Source: Rhynchobatus australiae
Lineage: Eukaryota
Length of the DNA stretch: 64,000 nt
Reading direction: 5' to 3'
Assembly (NCBI GenBank): GCA_034780895.1
Contig: JAUZTB010000084.1
Span: 4,863,936-4,927,935 of the forward strand
Shown: piece by piece, positions 36,610 through 49,685 of the stretch
Numbering within the stretch: position 1 is the stretch's first letter
Layout of the letters: every line of letters starts with the position of its first letter
Translations under genes and position numbers: made by a program
Notes under the pieces: generated by a model
The model's input: the letters and a program-made list of their open reading frames with translations, nothing else
Told to the model about the DNA's origin: nothing
The model's database searches: none

Positions 36610-37150
36610 AACACCGCCGGTGTAAACATGTCCGGGATTCGACGGCACACGCGATGGAGTAAAACGACAACCACAAGACACTACAACTCCCAGTGAGCTC
36701 AGCGGCTGAGGCGCAGGCGCACAAGGGTCGGCTGGAGAAAGGGCGGGAGCAGGCAGAAGGGCGGGAGAGAGAAGGCAGGGGGCGGCAGCCGGCGCGCGGG
36801 TGCTGAGGGCGCAGGCGCGCTTGGACAACGAAGGACTGGGGGGTGGGAATCAGCAGGGCGGCGCAGGCGCAGAAGGTCGGAGCCCCGAGCGAGGAGGTAG
36901 GGTTGGTTTGCGCGCAAGCGCGGAAGAGGAGACGGTGGGGAAATAGAGTGGTGAAGAAGTTTTGTTGGTGGCGCCGGTCGGTGGTTGGGCTGGCTGGTTT
37001 GTTGAGGAGAGGGAGCGTCTCCCTTCCGAGTTTCGGGAACGATTTAGACTTGCATTGTGAGTATCCGATGGGCATTAGTGCTGAGGTGGCGGAGTGCTGG
37101 AGGTGGAGGGTGTGAGGGGTGGTGAGGTCGAGGGAGAGGTGGTGATGAGG
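36610..37150 (+). promoter_or_regulatory. CpG-island promoter of FRMD8
   Basis: The clearest GC/CpG-dense stretch outside the Gypsy fragment. Contains ACTACAACTCCCAG (ZNF143/THAP11-type, 36680-36693), three GCGCAGGCGC NRF1-type motifs (36711, 36809, 36861), GC boxes and a CGGAAG ETS core. A candidate non-coding exon 1 ends at donor ATT|gtgagt (37056). Confidence 0.85.
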
Positions 37151-40100
37151 GGGGGAATTTGGCCCTAGGCTTCAGACCCTGAGCCTGGCTGGACTAGCTT
37201 CTGTAGCCCACCCCTACCCTATGCACTCCCTCAAACCTTCAGTATCCTTCCTCCACTCCTCTCAGCATTACAACAGTGACCAGGTATACATTGTCATAAA
37301 GCACCTTAAGACGTCCTGAAAAATATAAATGCTTTTTATTTTCTTTCGGTACTTTCGTCCAAGGGAAAGATTTACGTATAAACCCAGCTTTTCACTTCCT
37401 TTGAATGCCCCAGGCATACAGCCACTGAAGTACTTTTGAATCCTCACTAATTTGAGCGGTATGGGAAAAGTACTCCACGTCAGTTTTGTTTTGTATTTCA
37501 TAAGGATTGCTGATTAAAAGAAAGGCTTGCTTTTATGTACTGTGTTCTATATTCCTCGTGATGACTATTACAAAAAATGCTTCATTCACCGTAAACTGCA
37601 TTGACGTGCCTCACGGGATGTTTTGTATGAATGTAAGTTTTCTCTTCACCAGAATATGCTGAAAGAAAGAGTAATATTATCTTTCAGGATGCTCCAAATT
37701 AAGTTCTTTTTTTAAAGTGTGGCTATTGTGTGCTAGCCAGTTTCCACAAGCAGCACTTTGATCAACCTGATATTCATTGGGGGGGGGGGGGGGGAGAAGT
37801 GTACTCAAGGAGAGTAGAGCTTCTCTCGTCTTGTAAAGTGTCATGGAGTCTTTTTAGAGACACCTGAGAGATCTTGCAATGTCTTTAAGTCCAGCCTGAA
37901 AAATGCCACTTCTGACATTACAGCACCTTCAGACGTGCACTGAAGTCAAGTCAAATCTCTAATCTCCAGAAGTGAATGCAAGGGAAGCTTGACTGGTTCA
38001 TGCTCTTTGTGAACTGGCCTATACTTGTTAGACTGTTCTTTCCACAGATGCTGACTCTGCCTCCTTTCTGTTTTGTTTGAATGCAATATTTTCCCCAGCA
38101 CTTTGGTTTTAATTTCTGTTTTGCATTTTGTTTTTGTAATTTCAAACATCCAGTATCTTGTTTCTGCCAGTTTCATAACTTTTGTTTCCTCCCAGTACCA
38201 CAGCTGTTCTCGTGTTTGTGCAATCCTTCTGTTCAGCATTATTGAGTGAAAACATTCATTCTTACTTCCTGTGTTTTTGTTTTTTTTCTTTTCCCTTTCT
38301 ATCAGTGTACTTGTTTATTTCTAAAGAAGGACGTGAATCAGATGCTGCATGTTTCCTGCTGTGAGTGACTCCCACTTTTTGTAGTATTTTGTGGTACGTT
38401 TTGAAATCATTTTTGACTCACTACTTTTGGTGGTTTTGGTTACTCAGTAATGAAAGTTGGAGATTTGCAGAGTTTTTAGAAAAATGTAGCACTGTCAGAA
38501 GCAGAATCTTTAATAGCTTTTGAAATTGAAGTTTGACTTTTTTTCCCAAATATTAATGCTTGGCTGTAAACGGGAGATTCTGTGGAATATGGGCATTCCT
38601 AATTGCCCTTGTTGGTGGTGAGCTGCCATTTTGAGCTTCTGAAGTCATTTTATGAAGATGTTTCTACAATCCTGTTGGCTTGTGAGTTCCAGGATTTAGC
38701 TCAACTGATGTATTTCCAAGTCAGGACTGTGAGCAACTTGGAAGGGAACCTTTCGGTGCTGGTGTTCCTGTGTGCCAGTTACCTTTTTTCATTAGATGGT
38801 TGCTGTGTCTGGGAGATGCTGTAGCTGTGTCTCCATGAGTAACTGCAGTTCATTTTGTATTTGGTGCACCCTGCAGCTGCTAATGGGGTAAATGGTTAGA
38901 GTGGTCGATGGATATCATTTGGGCGTACAGCTTTGTCTTGGAGTTGCCCTCACCCAGGCAAGGTCAGACGGTTCCATCACCTTAAGGACTTGTGGTTTGT
39001 AGATTATGGAAAGTTTTCAAAGTGTCAGGAGGTGAGTCACTCATCACAGAATACCCAATCTCTGATCTGTTCTTATTGTCACAGTATTTATGTGGCTGGT
39101 TCGGTTGCTGGTCAGTGGTGAACCCCGTGGGTATTGATAGTTGATGGTATGTAATTAGACTGTCCTATTGAAAATGGTCTGCTTGATATTTGTTTGCTGT
39201 GAAGGTTATTTCCCATGAATCATTTCAGTGTCTGAACATTGTCCAGGCCTTGCTGTCTCATTCTCTGAGAGTGCTGAATGGAGTTGAACACTGTGTAATC
39301 ATCATTGAACGTCCCTGCCAGGACACTGCCCTGAGGTATTTCCTGGAGCTGTGCTGATTGAGCTCCTACAACAATGTCTTTGGGCCAGGTAGGATTCCAG
39401 TCTGTGGAGTGTTTTCCCCTTTGGAACCCATCCAGTTTTGTCAAGTTATCATGGGTCGACGGGAATGTAGAGTTGAGGTTGCAGTCAGATTGGCCATCTT
39501 CCTGAATGAAAGAGCAGGATCAAGAAACTGAGGGGCCTATTCCAGCTAATTTATGTCCCTGTGTATCCTTGATGACTGCTCAGGCAAACAATCCCTTGTT
39601 CTCACTCTCGCCATGCTCTGGAATTCAGCTCTTTTCCCCACATTTGGACCAAGACTGTAGTGGCATCTGGAGCTGAATGGTCTTGGTGGAACAGGACACA
39701 AGTAATTTGATATCTGTTAGGTGCTTTGGAACATTCTGAAAAAGATGCATATGGTGCTACAGAAATGCAAATTTGCCTTTGTGTTTTGTATGTTGGTGAC
39801 ACGATGCCCCTCAAAATAATTCTGTACTTGTTGCTGTACAGATCACGGCAACAATTTTAAACAATATATTACGCAGCCTGATAGACCCTAGGCAAGTATA
39901 TGAATATTGGTTTAGTTTGAGGGAGTGACATTGGCCAGGGGAACTCCATAATTCTCTTATAATATTTCCATAGCAACTTTAACATCCATTTGGGATGGCC
40001 AAACCAACTTTTGCTTGACCGTCTTGTCTAAAGGCACTTCTTAGAGCTCAGATGCTAGCCTTGAGCAGATGTTTCACTTTGCTGATATCCAAAACTGGAG

Positions 40101-41779
40101 ATGGGTCTAAAAAGAGATGCATTGATATTTTGCAGAGTGAGCATGGAAATCTATGGAAGGCCTACTTAAAATATTATCCTATGTTCTGTCATGCAGCTGT
40201 AGAGAGAGAGCGTGTAACCAGGCTCTTTAACCCACAGAGTCTGCACTGACTATCGACCATCTATTTACATTAATCCTATGTTAATGCCATTTTTTTTATT
40301 CTTGCCACATTGTAATTAACTCCCCCACAGATTCTACCACTCACCTACATGCTAGGGGTAATTTAAAGTGGCTAATTAACCTGCCAACCCACACGTCTTT
40401 AGGATGCAAGAGGAAACCAGAGCATCTGGAGGAAACCCATGTTGTCACGGAGAATGTGCAAACTCCACACGGACCAGTCATCAGGACTGGACCTGGGTGT
40501 CTGGTTTCTTCTAGTTGTGCCATCAAATGTCCACCAACTGTTCTACAGATAATGCAATGTGCAGATTTTAATATATTTTTTGCTTAAATTGTCTTTTCCA
40601 GTCATTCCCATTCTTTGATTGCGCATCAAATATTTCTCCAGATGTCCATGACACTGTACCAGTGTACTGCATATCCAAGAACTAATGTGGTTTTGTTGGG
40701 CAAACTCACTGATAATTTTCTCCCTGCCCCCTCTCCTGTTTGGGGGAAAGTGCTGAGTTAATAATCTGTAATAACATTTTGTTTTTTTTTACAAGGTGTT
40801 ACAAAGTATGTGGAATTAACTGTGATGGACCAGATGCTCCTTAATCTTCCTTGTTTTAAACAGTTCTTTAGCTGTTCTGATTTTCCTAGCAGTAATGGAT
40901 CTTTTTCTCAGCAGTCAATTAGTCAACCAACTCTCTTTAGAGATAAAGGCAATAGCAACTAACCTAACAACCATGGAGTGCCTTCACCACATAGACTGCA
41001 GCTGTTTCAGAAGCCAATTCTCAAACTGCTAGGGAAGAGGAATAAATGCTGGCCTTGCCAACAACATGTACCTCCTTTGAATAAATAGTGTAATAAGCAA
41101 AAAAAAAGGAATGTTACCTCCACTCGAGGTAACAGTCAGATCAGCCATGATCGTATTAAATGGTGGAGCAGACCTGAGGGGCTGAGTGGCGTACTCCTAA
41201 GTTATGTTCTTATGCATGTTTGAATGCATCAAATACTGCAGGTCAGACAGCATCTGTGGAGAAAGGAACAGTTAATTCAGGTGGTTGATCTTTCATCAGA
41301 ACTATTTTTATAACCAATTCAAGCTTGACCATTTCCATAGATCCTACGGAAATGTGGATTTTCTTGGGGTGTTGGGGGTCTGTAACAGTGAAAGATCATC
41401 AGGGACAATCCTAAAAATGAGTGTCGTAGTGGATACTAAATTGGGCCAGAATCTTGAGAAAGCAGTTTTTGCTGAAGCATATGGGATCCAATGTACAAAA
41501 GTAAGGTTACATTGATTCCCTTCAAAAAAAAATTGGTTCAGCTACAGCTAAATATTGCATCCAGTTCTGGTAACAGCATTGTAGGAAGGACGTGAAGGCC
41601 CTGGTGAGGATGCGGGAAAGATTGAGTCAAATGGTCCCAGGGTTGAGGACTTCTGTTACCTGGATGTGCTGGGGGAAACTGAGGCTGTTCTGAGGCAGAG
41701 AGGAGATTTGGAAGAAGTATTCACAATTGTGAACAGTGTTTCTATTGAAACACCAAGGGGACAGGTTTAAATTTTTTAC

Positions 41780-41990
41780 AGCATGGTAACAGGCCCTTCC
41801 GGCCCAATGAGTCCGTGCTGCCCATTTTTAATCCCCAAATTAACCTACCCGTATGTCTTTGGAATGTGGGAGGAAACCCACACAGACACAGGAGAACTTA
41901 CAAACTCCTTACAGGCAGCGGCGGGAATCGAACCCCGGCCACTGGCGCTGTAATAGCATTGTGCTAACCACTACGCTACCGTGCCGCCAT
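41780..41990 (-). mobile_element. tRNA-derived SINE nested in a CR1 remnant (about 41500-42060)
   Basis: gtctttggaatgtgggaggaaaccc...gggaatcgaaccccggccactggcgctgtaatagc interrupts CR1-like sequence. Confidence 0.7.
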
Positions 41991-42291
41991 GGTGACTGGC
42001 AAAGAGCCAGTGATGATATGAGGGAAATAGTTCTCTTGCAGCAGCAGTCATGATCCAGAATGGTGNNNNNNNNNNNNNNNNNNNNNNNNNNNNNNNNNNN
42101 NNNNNNNNNNNNNNNNNNNNNNNNNNNNNNNNNNNNNNNNNNNNNNNNNNNNNNNNNNNNNNNNNAGGGAATTGGATGGCTATGGGTAACACATTGTGAA
42201 AGATACTGGCTGGACCATTCTTGGAATTGGTGGTTTTATGGGCTAAATTTCCACCTTCTATACTTGTTAATTCTGAGATTCTCTATTACAG

Positions 42292-42373
42292 ATGGATCCA
42301 AGTGAAATGACAACTACATTGGAACAGGCTGGGCACTCACAGCGGGGGAGTGTATCATCTTCTGCAGCAAGGC
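42292..42373 (+). CDS. FRMD8: FERM domain-containing protein 8 (iTAP), coding exon 1
   Basis: ttacag|ATG and C|gtaagt. Encodes MDPSEMTTTLEQAGHSQRGSVSSSAAR, similar to the human N-terminus SHRSSVSSVGAR. Confidence 0.85.
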
Positions 42374-42939
42374 GTAAGTTGCACAATTCTGCAAAAGCCA
42401 GTTTCTGTTTGATATGCACGTGCCAGAATGGAAAGAGAGACCTTTTTGCTCCCGTGATATCTCCTTCATTGAAGGTAGCCTGTATCTTTCTGACTGGCAT
42501 TAGCACTCCACTCTCTGTCCTGCAGTGAGCTATCAGGCTTCATCTAAGAATGGTTTGTAGACATGTTGTCCACTGGCAAAGGATAGAATATAATAGTTTT
42601 TCCACTTGCTTTTCAGCAGCTACCATTGGTTAGCAAATACATTTGTGTGACCAGATTGGGGTTGTCTGTGTTGCCTTTTCAAGTTGTGGGAGGTAATTCA
42701 GCACTTGATTTTAAAGGTGAATTGGATCAATAATTGGAGAAAAATATTGTGGGGATTTGGAGAAAGACTGAAATATTTGAACATAAGCATGAGAAAAGCA
42801 GGATGCAGTAGCNNNNNNNNNNNNNNNNNNNNNNNNNNNNNNNNNNNNNNNNNNNNNNNNNNNNNNNNNNNNNNNNNNNNNNNNNNNNNNNNNNNNNNNN
42901 NNNNNNNNNNNNCATGAGAAAAGCAGGATGCAGTAGCGG

Positions 42940-44400
42940 TCCAATCAGCTCCTCGAGCCTGCTCTGATGTTCAGTGAGTCCAAGGCTGATCCAGTCTTGG
43001 CCTCAACATCACTTTCCTTCTCACTCCCCATATCCTTTTGACTTATAGTTTACATTTCTGTCAATCCTTGCTTTCGGTATTCAAAAGGACACCCTATTTG
43101 GGGAAGAGAAGTGCAAAGGTTCATTCCCCTCTAACAAAAGAAATTCCCCCTCAACTGTCTTAAATTGGCAACTTGTTTTTCTGCAACTATGCCTCATAGT
43201 TCTAGATGCTCCCACCATGCTCTTCAGGATCTTCTATTTAAATAAAATCACCTATCATCTGTATGCCCAACCTGTTCATTCTTCTTTCATATACAAATCC
43301 TTTCAACTCAGGAATCAACCTAGTTAACCTTCTCTGCACTGCTTCCAAAGCAAGTGTGTCTTGTGTTTCACCAGGGCTCTTTAAAGTTGCATCAGAGCTT
43401 CCCTAACTTTTTTTTTAAACATTGTACCGATCGCAATGACGGCCAAAATTCCATTTTACTTCCTTATTGCTTGCTGCACCCGGATGCTAACTTTTTGCAT
43501 TTCATGTACTAGTGCTCACAGAGTACAGCAACATTTTGTCATCTTGTCCTTTTAAATAATAGCTTTTTATTCTTCCTTCCAAAGTGGATAACTTCACACT
43601 TTCCCACATTATGGATCATCTGCCAACTGCTTGCATCTTATATCACCTGCTTCCCTTTGGAAGCACTGTGTCCTCCACAGTTTGCACAGTTCTTTGTATC
43701 ATCAACAGATTTGCTACAGTACACTCGATGCCTTCATCCAAATCATTAGTATAGATCATAAATAGTTAAGACCCCTGCACTGATCTTTGTGGCAGCCCAT
43801 TAGTTACTGATCGCCAGTCTGAAACTGACCCATTTATCTTTTGTTTCTGTGAGTTAGCCATTCCCCTAACCCTGCATATGTGCTATCCCTAAACTACACT
43901 CTTTATTTGTGCAGTAAGCATTTATATGGCACGTAACTGAATGCCTTCTGGAAATCCAGATACATTCTATCCACTGGCTCACCCTTTCCACCTGTTTGCC
44001 GCAGCCATAAAGAACTCCAGTAAATTTGTCAAACACAGCTTCCCTTTCATAAGATAATCAAGCAGAATCATGGTTCTAAATGTCCTGCTATTTGTTCAAT
44101 AACGTTATTCCAGAATTTTCCCCATCAGAAGTTAGGATAATTGGCCTATAATTTTCTGCCATCTGTCTCCCTACTTCTCTGAATTGCCATTACATTTTTT
44201 TTTCATTTCTCTGGGAATCTCCAGAGCTAGGGGTTTTTTATAGATTATTGCCAATGTATCCACTGTCTCTGCAACTAATTCTTTCAGATCCTAGGATTCT
44301 GGCCAAGGGGCTTATCATTGTCTAGTCCCATTAGTTTGCCTAGTATCCTTTATCTCGTGATAGAGATTGTAAGTTTCTCCATTCTTTTAGCCCCTAGAAC
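42940..44400 (-). mobile_element. CR1/L2-type LINE ORF2 remnant in an FRMD8 intron
   Basis: Reverse strand carries decayed RT motifs (YLDFQKAF, SGLPQRSVQG, VANLLMIQ at the position of FADDTK) and a 3' tail near 42950. Confidence 0.7.
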
Positions 44401-45196
44401 AAATATTTTTAGTGGGGTGTTTATGGTGCCTTCTTGATAGAAGACAGATAGATCTGTATTCTANNNNNNNNNNNNNNNNNNNNNNNNNNNNNNNNNNNNN
44501 NNNNNNNNNNNNNNNNNNNNNNNNNNNNNNNNNNNNNNNNNNNNNNNNNNNNNNNNNNNNNNNNNNNNNNNNNNNNNNNNNNNNNNNNNNNNNNNNNNNN
44601 NNNNNNNNNNNNNNNNNNNNCTTGTTATAAATGTTTTAGTCAGCCTTTGGTTTCTAAAGATTTCTATTGTCTGTCCTTATAATGTTGTAGGCCTTTTAAC
44701 TTCCTTTACTCAGTCCTCAAAAGAACTGAAGTAGGCTCGATGCCCTGAATTACTTCTTGTCCCCATACTTCTATTAATAGCCTGTCAGTGTGTGAAAAAT
44801 GGTTACCATGGGTCAAGAAACTTTGACAAAACCTGGTAAGAGCAAAAAGCAATCTGTTCTTCTTCCAGTAAAACTGTCGCATTAACATTTCAGACAAAAT
44901 AGAACCAGCTGGAAATAAAAGAAACAGCAGTTGAGATAGAATCAGAGTTAGTAATCATCAGTATGATCCCTTTTCTGTTGTGTAGTTCTATTAACAGCCA
45001 GTAAAAGCAGCTAGTTAAAAACACCCAGAAGAGTGTGCCAGCTTTGGAAAATTAAAAACAAATGTTGCCTTCTGTGCAGGTGTGTGCATTCTTAAGATTT
45101 CATTGTCCAGATTTTCCCATTGTATTTAGATAAGTGATCTTGTATCTTAATAAAATGATTCTATGTTAATTTATTTTCCATCCCTGCATTTTGCAG

Positions 45197-45364
45197 ACTC
45201 AGAGGTTCTGATTTACCTGATGAACAATTCGGTCATTCAGCGCTCTGTAGAGAGTCTGTCATCTCTCACGGCAGGGGAGCTGGCCAGGACTGTCCGGGAG
45301 GCATTGCAGTTACCTGATCAGGCTTGCGAGGTTTTCTCATTCTGGCTCATCTCTCCCTTTCTTG
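45197..45364 (+). CDS. FRMD8: FRMD8 coding exon 2
   Basis: ttgcag acceptor and G|gtgagt donor. Encodes SEVLIYLMNNSVIQRSVESLSSLTAGELARTVREALQLPDQACEVFSFWLISPFL. Confidence 0.93.
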
Positions 45365-47299
45365 GTGAGTCTCCACATTTTTTGTTAGTTTTGTTGACTC
45401 GAGGTGGTTTCCTGTTGGTTGACTTCCTTTGTGGCGTGAGAGCATGGGATTGTGGGTGTTTTGGGCAAATCCCGTCCTTGTTTGCCCTTGGATGGCAATG
45501 CTTGCCTTCAACTGCTATAGTCCATGTGGTGAATGTTCTCCTTCAGTGCTATCACCTGGAGTTTCAGAATTTAAACCCTATGCTGATGAAGGAACAGCCC
45601 ATATAATTCCAAATCAAGAAGGTGTGTAACCACCAGCTGCCCTTGCCCTTCTAGGTGTTGGACATCACATCTCTTAAAAGTTGTTGCAGTGTACTATCTA
45701 AATGGTACACCCTTCAGCAACTTGTGTACCAGTGGTTGAGGGATTGAATGTTAGGGTGGCGGAAGGCTGTCAAACAACAAGATGGCTTTATGTTGGGGGT
45801 ATCGACCTTCTTGAGTGTTGTTGGAGCTGCACTCATCCCTTTCAAGAGTAAATATTTTTTCATAAGCCTGAACTTTAAACGGTGGGTAAGAATCTAGAGG
45901 TGAGTTACCTGTGCAGAATATCATCTAATATGGCTCGGCATCAAATTTAAATAAAAACTGAGAATGCTAGTAACTCTCAGCAGGTCAGGCAGAGTCAGTG
46001 GGAAGAAAAACATTTTAGTTAGCATTTGAGGTTTGATGGTGGCATTTCAGGTCTGTCAGGTTTCATTTGATAGCGCTTCAGAGAGTCTTGAAGTTGTTGC
46101 ACATTAAAAGCATTGTTTAAATGCAAATTATTGTCTCAACCAAACTCTTAAACAACTTCACAAAGCAGCTTGTGTTTGGTAATAATGATCTGGCACATAT
46201 ACAGCAGCTTGAAGAAATGGGGATACATTGCATGGGTGAGGAATGGGCTTCTTTAGATTGGAATTGAAGACTCATTGATTCCACAGCGTAGCCAGCACAC
46301 TACCTCACCTGGTGGGCACTGAAAGGTGACTGAAATAGGAATGTTTTCTGTAACGTGGTGAACACTCTTCACACACTCATGGGCCTCTTGCTTGGGAGCA
46401 ATGATTACTGTACAGTGAAATGTAATAAATAGAAATTGTTATTCCAGAGAGAGAAGGAGAGGAACAAATATCTAGAAGGCATCTTGCGGGCATAATGTGC
46501 ATATAAATATACAACACACTGAATTTTTTAGTTGTGAAGAAATTTCATGTAAAATATTGCACCCTCAGGGATTCAGCATCCAAAATGACTTCACCCACAG
46601 ATGCTTAAATACCACTGGTTTCATTGTGCACAATGGCTGCATTGTGAAGGTTTCTTTGGAAACCATTGTGAGGTAGGTGCCAGAAAGACATTGCTATGAC
46701 CCTCTGCCTATAACAGAAGGTCTAGTTTTCCCATCATTGCAGGGATTACATTCTCACCATTGATACGGTTGAATTGTTTCATTTGCTATTTAAAGCACAA
46801 CTCTGATTATCTGAAGTGTAAATTCCACCTACCGATGGAGCCTACACACAAAATCAATTCCGGGCAGCTCTCTGAGGAGTTGAGATGCATGTTTTTCCTA
46901 GCAGTTTTAATATGGGCAAGCTTGTATGAAGGAGAACTTTGTTTTTGAGGGTTTGGTGATTGCAGAGATGTAAAATGATAAATTTAGGCCAATATTGAAC
47001 TTGAGCATTAGCTCCATACAGTTCTGACCATTCAAAGATAAGGAACTGTAGATTTAAACTAGAATTAACTGGGACTGATATTAGGAAATTTTTAATGCAA
47101 GGATTGCATGTACTTTTCTACCTAAGAGAACAGCAGATATTTAGTTATGGCATATACCAATAGAATCTTATAAATTTAAAGAACAGAAGGAGGTTATTTG
47201 TTTGACTCGGGTTGAAAGCAGACAAAAATGGAGGTACTTAAATTACTCCCACTTCCCAGCTCTCCATCCATAGCCTTGTACATTACAGCATCTCTGGTT

Positions 47300-48050
47300 C
47301 TCATCCACATTTCACGCCATCTTCCACCCCCCCAGCTTCTAATTTCAACAGGTCATCCTTCATCCTTTCTGCCAGCTCCTATACGATTTCATCACCGGAT
47401 GCCTATTTCCCTCCCCTTTCAGCATTTCCAAGGGCTGACTCCTTCTGTGAATACCTGGTTCTCACCAACTACTCTCTGCTGTATTTCTCATTGGAGAAAC
47501 CAAATGCAGATTGGATGATCACATGTGAAGGTCATTCACCTGAGGAATGACCTTCAGTTTCCAGTTGCTTGCCACTAATTCCTCATCCCACCTACACTGT
47601 TACAAAGAGGCTCGGAGAACAACACCTCATCCTTTGTCTGGGCACATTGCAGCCTGTAGGACATAGTATTTAATTCTCCCACTTTAGATAACTTGCTCTT
47701 TCTATTGGATTCAGGACTGACCATTTCTGCCTATCACCCATCTCTTTCTTTTTCTTTCATTTATACATTCTGGCCTGCAAGGCATGTCCCAGTAGACCAG
47801 ATGATACGACATTACCCAGACGTTACAACATTAGCAACACATTACACAAAGGACCTTAACTGCTTCATTATTTCACTCTATCAGAGAATTTCCCTTTGCC
47901 TCATCCAGTGGCCTCCCCACTATCTCTGCTACCTACACTTACTTATTTTCTCTCTTTCCTAGTTCTGATGAAGGGTCTCAGACCTTAAACATGTACTTCA
48001 CCTTCCATAGATACTACCGGACATACTGATGTCTTCCAACATTCCTGTTT
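47300..48050 (+). mobile_element. Penelope-like element 3' remnant with terminal hammerhead-like motif
   Basis: IGETKCRLDDH...PVACH...EQHLILCLGTLQP (GIY-YIG C-terminus), then ctgatgaagggtctcagacc at about 47965. Confidence 0.7.
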
Positions 48051-48334
48051 TAATTATTCCTCGTGTTCATTCACGAACTACCAACTGCAGACAGTCAGGC
48101 AGCTATGTACCCTGGATGACTGGCTTGGTCAGTGCTGGTGCTGTTAATCTAATCTTCATGAAGTTAATTTAACAGCTCCTGCCCAGAGAACGTTGTGTTA
48201 CTGTTTGCTAAAGTGATGCTTCAAATGAGATCAGGCTTGAGGGGCCCGGTGGTCTACTTCTGCTCCTATTTTCTTATGTTCTTCTGTTTGCATCTTCTAG
48301 TGCCCAGATCTTATATCCATTGTTTCCCAGTATT

Positions 48335-48598
48335 GGTAGTGTAGCAGTCAGCATAATGCTATTGCAGCGCTAGCGACCTGGGTTCAATTCGGCTGCTGTC
48401 TGTAAGGAGCTTGTACATTCTCCCCGTGCCTGTGTGGGTTTCCTCTGGGTGCTCCGGTTTCCTGCCACATTCCAAAGATGTGCGGGTTAGGAAGTTGTGG
48501 GCATGCTTTGTTGGCGCTGGAAGCATGGCGACACTTACAGGCTGCCCCCAGAACACTACACAAAAGATGCATTTCACTGTGTGTTTCGATATACAGAT
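48335..48598 (+). mobile_element. tRNA-derived SINE (HE1-like)
   Basis: ggtagtgtagcagt (A-box-like) and gacctgggttcaattc (B-box-like), then the shared body gtgggtttcctctgggtgctccggtttcctgccacattccaaagatgtgc. Confidence 0.8.
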
Positions 48599-49583
48599 NN
48601 NNNNNNNNNNNNNNNNNNNNNNNNNNNNNNNNNNNNNNNNNNNNNNNNNNNNNNNNNNNNNNNNNNNNNNNNNNNNNNNNNNNNNNNNNNNNNNNNNNAA
48701 TTACAGATGTGTTTTGATACTCTGTGTAGCCCACAGCACAACTGCTGCCCCTGAAGACTGATTGTTGCAGTTTTTCACTCTGAGGAAGTGGAGACCAAAC
48801 TGGGGCCAAGCCTTGGAATAGATAGAAATTCTTGTATGCTTCATGGTTATTCTGCAGTTGCTTTTCCTTCATTATCTGAGCACAGTCAGTACAGGCCCAG
48901 CTGAATTTATCGCGAAGTCTCCAGGGCTGATTTTTGGACTGTGTGGAGCTTGCAATTCCTGGTGGTCCATCTGTCCCAGGAGTGGACTATCAGCCAAAGT
49001 CCATGGTTCTAGGTCACTGATCCTCCAAGGACAGTGCTGTGCCTGGCTGAGCACCTTCACAACCTCTAGACACTCCAGCCTCAACCACTAGATACAGACA
49101 CTAGGCAAAAGCAACTGAAGATTGCTTCAGCCAGTGGAGCCATTTGCAAGTGAATCTGTAGCTTCGAAAGGATATGCACTAGGCTGCAGAGGTGGAAGCA
49201 ACTTGGTTATAGNNNNNNNNNNNNNNNNNNNNNNNNNNNNNNNNNNNNNNNNNNNNNNNNNNNNNNNNNNNNNNNNNNNNNNNNNNNNNNNNNNNNNNNN
49301 NNNNNNNNNNNNGCCGGTGCGGGGGGGACAGGTCAGGTGCAGGGCCATGGGGGAGGGGGCAGGTGAAGTATAAACAGATTGTACATGAGAGAGCGATTCT
49401 TGATTAATTTCTTGATAAATATAACTTAAAAGAAATAATCTGCTTTAAGTGACTGGGTGAGTGAATGAAATAATGAATGAAAACCCAGAGAAATGCAATT
49501 TGGAAACTGAGGAACCAGAAGGCAGACTGAGTGTCGCCCATGCATGTCCATACTTCACCTAGTTTGCTTTTTTTTTCTTGCAG

Positions 49584-49685
49584 AGTTGCAGCTCAAACCC
49601 AAGCACTGTCCATACAAGCTCAGCCGGCAGTGGCCGGACCTCCTCTTCCGCTTTACCAAATGTTCCGCAGATGACATTGTTCACG
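49584..49685 (+). CDS. FRMD8: FRMD8 coding exon 3
   Basis: cttgcag acceptor and G|gtgagt donor. Encodes (E)[33 protein letters not shown]. Confidence 0.93.

Noticed and set aside
36544-37115. Overlapping GC-rich ORFs up to 171 aa
   Set aside because: Stop-poor CpG-island sequence with no recognisable domain; explained by the FRMD8 promoter.
48335-48410. tRNA gene
   Set aside because: A/B-box-like head continues directly into a SINE body found in many copies; no complete cloverleaf.
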